A DNA stretch of 64,000 bases from Rebecca billardiae RCC1528 (taxonomy: Eukaryota > Protista > Haptophyta). Shown piece by piece: positions 53,235 through 61,955 of this stretch (position 1 is the first letter of the stretch; each line of letters begins with the position of its first letter). Both the position numbers and the translations under genes were made by a program. Below the pieces are notes generated by a model that saw nothing but the letters and a program-made list of their open reading frames with translations, had not been told where the DNA came from and searched no databases. The stretch lies in the NCBI GenBank assembly GCA_965240325.2, contig OZ251222.1, positions 744,001-808,000 on the forward strand, read 5' to 3'.

Positions 53235-55380
53235 TAAATTCCCCTTTATAACGGGCTCCGGGTGATCAGGCTGGCGGCCGAAGCCTCCAGCCCTACCCTG
53301 GCCAGCCCCCAACCAACCAGTGAACCACCACCCTCACCCAACCTCAAACCACTGACCGAGACACCTAGTGTCTTGACACCACTCCACTGTGGACAGCCCG
53401 CCTCCAGAGGGGGCGGGGGTATGCCATTGCCGACAGCATACAAGCCCAACACTGTGGGGAGGTCCCAGGTACAAGCAGTGCACGGCCTTGCAATTCAAGA
53501 TCATCGAGTTTGAGCCGAGTCGGCAGAAGGGGCACCCCGTAGGGTGCCCCAGTGTGGGCAGAGGGCCAGCCACTAGCCGATCCCTGCGCGGGGAAGGGGA
53601 CTGAGGGGACTGTCATCGAGCCCAGTAGCTGGGCAGGGGTCTGGGCCACTGGCCCCGGAAGCGAGGCGCCTGTATTTCACTCGTGCAGCTATGGAGGCAG
53701 AGGGGGTCATGTCAGACATGTGTGCTACATCGGGCATCAAGGCAGGGCGTGGGCCGCTGTAGGAAGCAAGCAAAGTGGTGGCGATGGCTAATACGCCTGG
53801 GGAGGTGTCGTTCGCTCGCCTCTTCCTGCTGCGCTGTGCAGGGGGTAGCGTGCTGCGCTGCGGCACATTTGCCTGGCGGGGTTTGGGCGGGGGGCTGTCT
53901 TGCTGAGCTTGACTAGGAGGAGGCGGCCTGCGCCTGGGGGCTGCCAGTGGCCTGGCAGAGCCAGCAGGCGGCTGTGTGGCCTGCTGTCCAGTGTCTGGCT
54001 GTGTAAGGCTGCTTTGAGCTCCGTTACCAGTGTGACTGCCAGCAGCGGGGTCTGCCGCCATCTCAGGCCCCCCATGTGTCAACACATTGTCCGGCGGACC
54101 CACAACGCTGCGAGCCAGCGGGGTGGCATATTGGAGCGGCCATGCCACAAGAGGTGTGGCAGGCTGCAGGGGCCACACAATCACCATAGGGAGGGGGCGA
54201 GCACGCTGAAGAGGCCATGCCCGCAAGAGTAGCTGGGGGCGCACGTGGTGACCGCGCGCTATGGGCTGGTGCAGGTTGGCCTGCCCCGCGCCCGCCTGCC
54301 AGCCCTGGCCAGCCTGAGCAGGGGGTTGCTGCTGGATGACAGGTGGTCCTTGCAACTGATTATTTAAGGCCATCGCCCCTCCTGGGCCTGCCTGTGCCTG
54401 TGGGGGTGGGGGCTGCCCCCCCCGGGCCTTGCCCAGGCGGCGGCAGAAGCTCCCTGGCATGTCGAAGGAGACGTCCTGCCTTTGACAGCTGGGAGTCCAC
54501 GTCCTTGCGGGCCTGCATGATGCCTAGCCCTGCCTTCAGTAAGGCCACGTGCATGGTCCTGCCTACTAGATGCACGTTGCCCCCCACAGTGGTCTTCAGT
54601 GTGCTGGGCACCCTGCCCATGAGGGCAGCCCCAGAGCATATGTGACGTGCCAAGTTCCACGCTGCAGCCTGTCCCTGCATGAAGGGCTCAATTACATGGG
54701 ATACGCTTCTGGCAGCAGCCATTCGGTAGGCATCGACCTCAGGGCACTCAGAGAAGAGGTGGTGCTCAGTATCTGGCGCTGGGTGTAGCAGTGGAGCATG
54801 ATCGCAGAGGGGGCAGGCATCGCTGAATGCAGCCCCCGACTGGAATCGCACAGAGAGCAACGTCGGGTCTCGCAGGGCAGCCGGCTGCAGGAACTCATAT
54901 CCGTGGTGGAGTATGTAGTAGGCAGGCACAGTGTTGGCCTGCCAGGTCCGTAGTATGCCAGTGGCGGAGGCCTCTGGCCACACACCAGTCCATTCACCCA
55001 CCAAGTCACAGCTGGACTTGGTGGCTTGCAGGTGGGTTGCCCTTTGTGACAGCACACTGTCATACACAAGGGGCTTGATTCGGCCCGCCACTGGCTCTCC
55101 ATTGGCCAGCTGTACCAGCGCATGGGAACCCGCATTTGGGTGGCCACCTCTCTTGTGAGTCACACAGGGGGTTGTGGGGTCAGAGCAGCAGAGCTTGGCC
55201 CCCGCATCGCTGCATGCGTTGAGCAGGGTTTTGGGGTTCAACCCTGCTTGGCGCAAAGCCGCCACACTGTGTTGGCTGACAGTGCAGTGCTGGTCCCCTG
55301 GGGCGTGCGTGAGGCTGAGGTGCCGCGCAGCAGCATCGTCAGCAGAGTGCGCCTTGACATGCTCAAATGAAGTGGTGCTA
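53235..55380 (-). mobile_element. 5'-truncated non-LTR retrotransposon (LINE) retaining the RNase H C-terminus, CCHC finger and long 3' region
   Basis: The frame 55370-54360 encodes FEHVKAHS (RNase H motif) and CPLC-x11-HHLFSEC; composition differs from host genes; the 3' end is duplicated at 19724-19924. Confidence 0.8.
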
Positions 55381-55535
55381 TGAGTATGAGAATATTGTAT
55401 TGATGAATGATGAGTTGATGAATGGTGGGGTGTTGTGCCGTTACGTATTTACGCCCACCGACCGTCGTGACGGTCACCAACCAAACTCAACACCGGCCTC
55501 GCACGTGTCCTTGCGGCGCGAAAGGGCATCCCAGC

Positions 55536-56762
55536 TGTCGAAGGGAATGAAGAGCCCGAAACGACTGAGCTAAATCGGTTCGCGCGAACCGATTTAGCTC
55601 AGTCGTTTCGGGCTCTTCAACTCCTCGGACATAACCGTAAGTCTCCTGTGGGACACCCCGCGAGGGGCTGTAGTCCCGTCCAGTGTTCTGACGGATTTGT
55701 TGTCGAGGTTTTTCTCTCCCCGCCTGGTCTTTCCCAGGTGTTCCACCCTGCGTGCTCGTCTGCTCTGTGGCTTCGTAGAGACTCCGTCTTTTGTGGGCGG
55801 TGAGCCCTTCTTTGCTGCTGTGGCTTTGTGGGGCTCTTTTTGTGTCTTTGTTGTTGACCCGGGCGACTGTACCCGGAGGTTGCGCGTCGCGTACCGTGCT
55901 CGTTTTTCTGTCGTCTTTCTTTGTCGGTCATCTTCTTCGTGCTCCCCTCTTTCGTTCGTCTTTTTTGCCGACTCCTCGCTTTTCATTCCCCCCCGGAGCC
56001 GCGAGGCTCTCGCGAGGTCGAAAGCGCTTCGCGTGAAAGGCCAAGAGTTGCCCGCGTCGGTCGGTCGCTGGATTCGAACAGATGACTTTACGGTTGTGTC
56101 GAAGGGAATGAAGAGCCCGAAACGACTGAGCTAAATCGGTTCGCGCGAACCGATTTAGCTCAGTCGTTTCGGGCTCTTCAACTCCTCGGACACAACCGTA
56201 AAGTCACCTGTTCGAATCCAGCGACCGACACGCAGGCATAAGAACTCTTGGCCCTTCACGCGAAGCGCTTTCGACCTTCACCTCGCGAGAGCCTCGCGGC
56301 TCCGGGGGGGAATGAAAAGCGAGGGAGTCGGCAAAAAGACGAACGAAAGAGGGGAGCACGAAGAAGATGACCGACAAAGAAAGACGACAAAAAAACGAGC
56401 ACGGTACGCGACGCGCAACCTCCGGGTACAGTCGCCCGGGTCAACAACAAAGACACAAAAAGAGCCTCACAAAGCCACAGCAGCAAAGAAGGGCTCACCG
56501 CCCACAAAAGACGGAGTCTCTACGAAGCCACAGAGCAGACGAGCACGCAGGGTGGAACACCTGGGAAAGACCAGGCGGGGAGAGAAAAACCTCGACAACA
56601 AATCCGTCAGAACACTGGACGGGACTACAGCCCCTCGCGGGGTGTCCCACAGGAGACTTACGGTTATGTCGAAGGGAATGAAGAGCCCGAAACGACTGAG
56701 CTAAATCGGTTCGCGCGAACCGATTTAGCTCAGTCGTTTCGGGCTCTTCAACTCCTCGGACA
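55536..56762. mobile_element. TG...CA element with 5-bp TSD: three direct 96-bp palindromic terminal repeats and two inverted internal segments (TRIM/Ginger-like, unclassified)
   Basis: Repeats at 55536-55631, 56097-56192 and 56667-56762 are identical; CCAGC at 55531-35 and 56763-67; 55632-56096 is the reverse complement of 56193-56666 with few differences. Confidence 0.85.
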
Positions 56763-57842
56763 CCAGCCACTTGTGCGTCGGTAGCCGTGTACCAGCTATC
56801 CACAGAGCACGCGCCGAGAGCAGCATGGCGCGCGCACACGTCGCCCGTCGCACCGGCTGAGAGTGCGCCGAAAGCGGCAGTAGCGAGAGTGGCCCCCGAT
56901 CCGACTGAGGGTAAGGCGGGTCTGACGGTCTCGGCGGGGGCCCTCCGCAAGCGCATGATTTCTGCAGCCTGGGTCATCGGCGTCTGTCCAGCTGGTGCAA
57001 CGCTCCGCCAGCGGCGGAGAGTGCCAGCTGACATCCGGACCTGCACCTTCGCCCTCGACCGGGCACAGCATATTCTAGCTAGCTACTGCCGTAACTACTA
57101 CACTCTACAGTAACGTCACAGCATGAGCATGTGATCGGCAGCCGCATGGGACTGCGTGAGCGCGCCTCGGTCTCGCGGTGATCGGCCGCCACTCGCCAGG
57201 CTCTGCTCGGACTGAATCGCGGGCCGCAGGCAGCCGACCGGCGCCGGAACGGCATGTAAATCCCGGACTGAGCATCATCTGATCATCACTCGTCAGACTG
57301 AGTGCATCCGTGCTACTCGCTCCGAAAGCGTCAGTATCGACTATCGAGACTATATCGAGTAGACTGCCCATGCACAGACGACCGGCGGAAGCTGGATATA
57401 GAATGGTCGTACCCTGAACTGCGTCTACGACTCATTGGCCGGACGTACAGTCCGCGTCGCGGTCGCCGCATGACGCGACTGGCGCTTGGCCTTTAGATGA
57501 GCCCACTGAGTATCAGTCTGAGTACTGTCTGTATGAGCGGTGATGATGCCTAACTGCTATCTGCGCCTCGTCGGATGATATACTCATCGGTATCGTCGTC
57601 TCAGCTAATTAATATATCAGCAACCATCTGCTGTTATCATATCGCGTCAGAATGGTCCGCGTCAATTAACGGTTCGGATATGTAGCGTCATCTCACAAGT
57701 CACGCAGCCACAGAGTGATCGGAATCCGCGCCGCCGATAGTGAATCTGAATCATGGTAACCGGCGCCGGCCGATCCGATATATATATATCAGGTTCAGTC
57801 GTTGATCACTGTGCGGCACTGTCCTATGGCCGTTAGTACTCC

Positions 57843-57948
<106 letters not shown>

Positions 57949-58154
57949 ATATATATTGTTATAGCGGGCAGCAGTCGGTCATTTAGCCCCGCCGCCTCGG
58001 ATTCCGCTGTCGCGGGTCCGTGACTGTACGGTGGCATGCTCACAATTCGGAGGTACTGATTTATTAAGACCATCACATGGCATATATAATAAGTGTGTTC
58101 ACGACTCATCAGCGCATTATGTTAATAATAATATTGTCTGAGTCCGTGGCGGCA

Positions 58155-59669
58155 TCAGGCGAGGTCAAGAGCGTCCGGAACCTGCAACGCCTCTGCGTGC
58201 GCGTAAGCGTGCGCGAGCAGCCGGAGGACCCGCGCGCGCAGTGCGCGAGCGGTGACACCCGCCATGCCAGGGTCCTCGACCTCATCGTCGGCGGTGGCGT
58301 CCAACTTCATGGCGTCCAACGCGCCAGCATTGCCGGCCACCGCCGCTGCTGCAGTCTGACTCTGCGTCCCCGGTGTGCTGCCCTCAGAGCCAGGGTCCGG
58401 CGTGAGCGGCACCGTGATGCCTGGCTTCAACGCGACCACGTGCGTCGCTGTCGACGATGGAAGAAAGAGCTGCACGTGCGGCACGCCGTGCTCGAGCGCT
58501 CCGAGGTGGCGCGCTGCGTCCATCCCTCCGGCTGTCGACACGTCGACAGTGGCAAAGCGCACAGCATGCGCACTGCCAGGAGGCTGCACGCCCGTCGCGA
58601 GCAGCTCCTTCCAGACGGGGCTGAACGCCCGGCACGCGCCGCAGCGCGGGTCAAAGAACTCGACGAGCCACGGCTCGCCGCTCGTCGCCACCGCGTGTGC
58701 GAGGGCGTCGAGCGACGTCACGCGTAGCGCCCCACGGCGGGCCTCTGGCGCGTTAGCGCGGCTCGTGGGCTCGGGGGCGGCCGGCGTTGGCGCGGGGTGC
58801 GCGGCCTGTGCGGCAGGGCCAGGCGGCTCGGGCTGTGCACGCGCCACGCCTGTGAGGGACATGACGACCCAGCTCGGCCCCACTGGCAGCCCGAGGACGC
58901 GCATGCGCACGCCCCGGAGGTGGCGGAAGCTCTCGCGCCCAGCAACCCGCGCGAGCTCAAACCCGGCGCTGCGCACGAGGGCCTCGGCGCGCGCGAGCGT
59001 GAGCACGTCGCCATCCTCGCGAGGGTAGCCTGCAAGGTGAAGATACGCGCCGAGCAGCCGGACGGCGAGGTAGTCCCCCGCCCAGTCGAGCAGGAAGATG
59101 CGGCCGCCCGGCGCGAGTACGCGGCGCGCCTCGCGCAGCGCGGCGGCGCGGTCGTGCCAGAAGTGGAAGCTCGACGCCGAGACGACGAGGTGGACGGTCG
59201 CATCCGCGAGAGGGAGGTGCTCCGCGTACGCGTACGTCGTCGAGAGCCCCTTCAGACGCGCCTGCATGAGCATCAGCTTGCACGAGTCAGCGCAGATCAC
59301 GTTCCAGGTCGGGTGCTCCTTTGCGAGCGCGCTCGCGAGCGCGCCGGTGCCGCAGCCGACGTCGAGGACGGTGCACCTCTCGCCGCACGTCAGGGCTTCA
59401 ATATCAGGCTGTAAGCGCTCGAGCGCGTACGCGACGGAGGTGTTGAGGTATGCCGCCCACCGCGTGTCATACGTCGCGGCGGCCGCGTCGTACTCGGCCA
59501 CAACCGACGGCCGGCGCGCCGCCGCACTGAGCAGCACGATGCCGCCGACAAGGGCGGCAAGGGCGAGAAAGAGGGCAACGCGTGGGCGGGGGACATGCCG
59601 GGCCGGCATTGAGCGCGCGTAGTCCTCAGCGGGGCTGCGCTCCACGCGCAGCAACGGGCAGCTCTCCAT
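58155..59669 (-). CDS. membrane-anchored class I SAM methyltransferase fused to a thioredoxin-like domain
   Basis: TM anchor; VLDVGCGTG, AEHLPLAD, SFHFW, RVLAPGG; then PWLVEFFDPRCGACRAFSPVW...FATVDV...GVPHVQLF; start 59669 or 59609. Confidence 0.85.
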   Translation of the reverse strand: MESCPLLRVERSPAEDYARSMPARHVPRPRVALFLALAALVGGIVLLSAAARRPSVVAEYDAAAATYDTRWAAYLNTSVAYALERLQPDIEALTCGERCTVLDVGCGTGALASALAKEHPTWNVICADSCKLMLMQARLKGLSTTYAYAEHLPLADATVHLVVSASSFHFWHDRAAALREARRVLAPGGRIFLLDWAGDYLAVRLLGAYLHLAGYPREDGDVLTLARAEALVRSAGFELARVAGRESFRHLRGVRMRVLGLPVGPSWVVMSLTGVARAQPEPPGPAAQAAHPAPTPAAPEPTSRANAPEARRGALRVTSLDALAHAVATSGEPWLVEFFDPRCGACRAFSPVWKELLATGVQPPGSAHAVRFATVDVSTAGGMDAARHLGALEHGVPHVQLFLPSSTATHVVALKPGITVPLTPDPGSEGSTPGTQSQTAAAAVAGNAGALDAMKLDATADDEVEDPGMAGVTARALRARVLRLLAHAYAHAEALQVPDALDLA

Positions 59670-59943
59670 CCTTTTGCCTTTGGGGCGGGTCTCTGGACAC
59701 GCCTGGACGAGTGGACGGCGTGCTCTCCCCCGGGCCAGGCCTCCCCGGGCCGAACATCCCGCCCGGGCTGCGGAATATTCTGCTCTTGTCAGAGGGGTCC
59801 GAGCGACCGTCCAAGTTCCAACCGAAGAGCGCAAACCTACGACGGGCCTTCTGGCGAGCTACCACTCCGATGCCCGGCCGGCGGCGGCCGACAACGACGA
59901 AGCCGCCGCGCGGACGGAGCAGCAGCTCGCCGCGCAGAGCAAG

Positions 59944-60480
59944 ATGCGCGCGGCGGCGCGGCGCGAGTCGCTGGAGCGCCCGCGCAAGCGGCCGGAGCGC
60001 TTCACGGAGGAGTGGGGGTTCTCGAGCTCCTCGCGTCACTTCGTCCGCCCGTCGCCCATGTTCACGCCGGTGACGGGCAGGCGCCTTGTGGAGATGGACC
60101 TGCTGCAGAGGTCGATGGAGCCGTTCATCTGCCCCAAGTGCCACAAGCACAGGGGCTTCATGTTGGCCAAGGAGGACGAGCGGATGTGCGGGCTGGGCGG
60201 GAAGGAGTGCTGGCGGTGCAAGTCGTGTGTGGCAAGGCAATCGGCGAGCTCCAGCTGAGCAAGCCGGTGGCGCGCGCGCCCGGGAAGCGCGGGCAGCTGC
60301 CCAACCAGTCGAACGTGGCGTGGGTGCTCGGGTGCAACTCGGTCGGCCTCGGCGAGGCGGCGAGCACGCGGCTGCTCAGCGCGCTGAGCGTGCCACCTGT
60401 CACCTCCAACACGTGGGCGCGGGCGGAGAAGCGCAGTGTCGCGCCGGTGGCGGCTGCGGCGCGGGCCAGCTGCCAGGAGA
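59944..60480 (+). pseudogene. frameshifted N-terminal relic of a Kolobok/Mutator-like transposase
   Basis: GRRLVEMDLL...CPKC...GLGG..CWRCKSC, then after removing a duplicated TG at ~60226-31: GKAIG...SNVAWVLGCNSVGLGEAASTRLLSALSVPP; no catalytic domain follows. Confidence 0.65.
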
Positions 60481-61118
60481 AGCCAGATATGACTGATAAC
60501 GGGCGCAGCTCGGCGCGGGCATCATTGCTGCGTTCGAGCGCGGCGAGCAGCCGACCGAGGACGGACGATAATCGATATGGCGTGCCTGATGAGTGATGCT
60601 GGTGGCGACGATTAATGATCAGACGGTTGCGCCTGATCCGGGGAGAGTAGAGTAGTAGAGACTCTACGAGACTCGAGACTCACGAGAGGGCCACATCCGC
60701 CAATGAAGAATGATCGGACAATCTGGGACGCGGATCGCCGCCGCGGATCGGTCATCGGACGACTGGGCGCTGGCTGATGAATAAGCCTGACGAGCGCCTT
60801 AGTTATACCAGTAGGCTACCGCTCCGTAATATAAATACGCCGGAGCCAGCATGTGAGTCGTCACTCGTAGTATAACGTGACGATGATGATCAGTGATGAG
60901 CACTCTCTATATACGCTGGCCACTACTCAGTCAGTGTATGAGTGATGATCCGTCACTTCTCAGTTCTGATTCTGAATCTGACGACTGACTCGTCTCGGAC
61001 TCTCACTCTGTCTCTGAGACTTGGCTCTGAGACGACGAGAAACCGGAGACTGAGATCGAAGAGAGACTCCGGCGGACGCCGATGATAGCAGCAGCGCGCG
61101 GTTGATGAACACTTGGAG

Positions 61119-61781
61119 CTATCGCCTCACCTGGCGGTGGTACCCATACTCCTTCTCACTCAGCCACGCTGCCTCTTCGCGCGTGCACTCGCGCCCCAGC
61201 AGCTGGTTGCGGTGTGGGTAGCGCCCAAACCTGCGGATCTCGTCGGCATGCACCTTGGCCATGTGCGCGTGGCCTTCGAAATCTCGGAGCTGCTCCCGTG
61301 GGAAGTGCGACGCGCTGGTGAGCTCGGGCAGCAGCTTGTGCAGGTTGAGAGTGTGGTCGTCGATCAGCTCCGAGTGCGAGAGGCAGATCGAGACATGCGC
61401 CAACTCCGGGGCAGCCAATGTGCCATCGAGGTGCCGGCCCTCTCCAACGAGGCGCCGTGCGTGCTCCAGGCAGACTGGGTCGTGCGCAAACATGCGAGCC
61501 GTTCCTCGGTGGACATTGCGGTTGAGCTGATCCAGAAGAACGATCATAGCGACCGTGCCTCGTGGCGTCGCGCACCAGCGGTCGCGCTCACTCGGCGATT
61601 CGGCCAGCAGCTGCAGTAGCGGGCCGAAGCGCGAGCAGATCTCCTCGTCGGCAGAGCGCCCGAACCACAGGTCGTATCGGTGCGCGTAGCCGGGCCGCAG
61701 CCGCTCCTCAAGCGACCCGTACCAGAAGTCCAGGACGTCCGTCGCCGCCGGCGGCAGCTCGGCCTCGGTCGGAGCAGCCAT
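61119..61781 (-). CDS. DUF924 family protein
   Basis: VLDFWYG, WFG, IVLLDQLNRNVHRGT..MFAHD, HSE, IRRFGRYPHRN.LLGR..T.EE..WL. Confidence 0.92.
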   Translation of the reverse strand: MAAPTEAELPPAATDVLDFWYGSLEERLRPGYAHRYDLWFGRSADEEICSRFGPLLQLLAESPSERDRWCATPRGTVAMIVLLDQLNRNVHRGTARMFAHDPVCLEHARRLVGEGRHLDGTLAAPELAHVSICLSHSELIDDHTLNLHKLLPELTSASHFPREQLRDFEGHAHMAKVHADEIRRFGRYPHRNQLLGRECTREEAAWLSEKEYGYHRQVRR

Positions 61782-61955
61782 GAGCCCCTGACGATGCTGG
61801 GTGTCTCTCAGACGAAGATTCTCATCAGAACATCGTCATCTGTCGTCCACTAGTCTATGATAGTAGTAGTAGTACTAGGTCTATAGTATCATCTAGTAGT
61901 CAGTCAGTAGGAGTACTACTAAGACTACGTTAGTAGCTGAACTCGAAGCGTTTGA

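Noticed and set aside
55546-55610. Hammerhead ribozyme core in the palindromic repeat (TGAAGAG-CCC-GAAAC)
   Set aside because: The conserved C of CUGANGA is missing on both strands, stem II is too short and no stem I pairing is available; an Infernal search would settle it.
56150-56230. Functional tRNA gene
   Set aside because: A/B boxes are present but I could not fold acceptor and anticodon stems.
56312-56704. 130-aa Lys-rich ORF and its mirror 55594-55986
   Set aside because: No domain; explained by the T-poor strand lacking stops. Not fully excluded, since the frame is open in both copies.
55536-56762. CRISPR array or integron reading of the three direct repeats
   Set aside because: Repeats are 96 bp, the 'spacers' are ~470 bp copies of each other, no cas or integrase gene is present, and a TSD flanks the unit.
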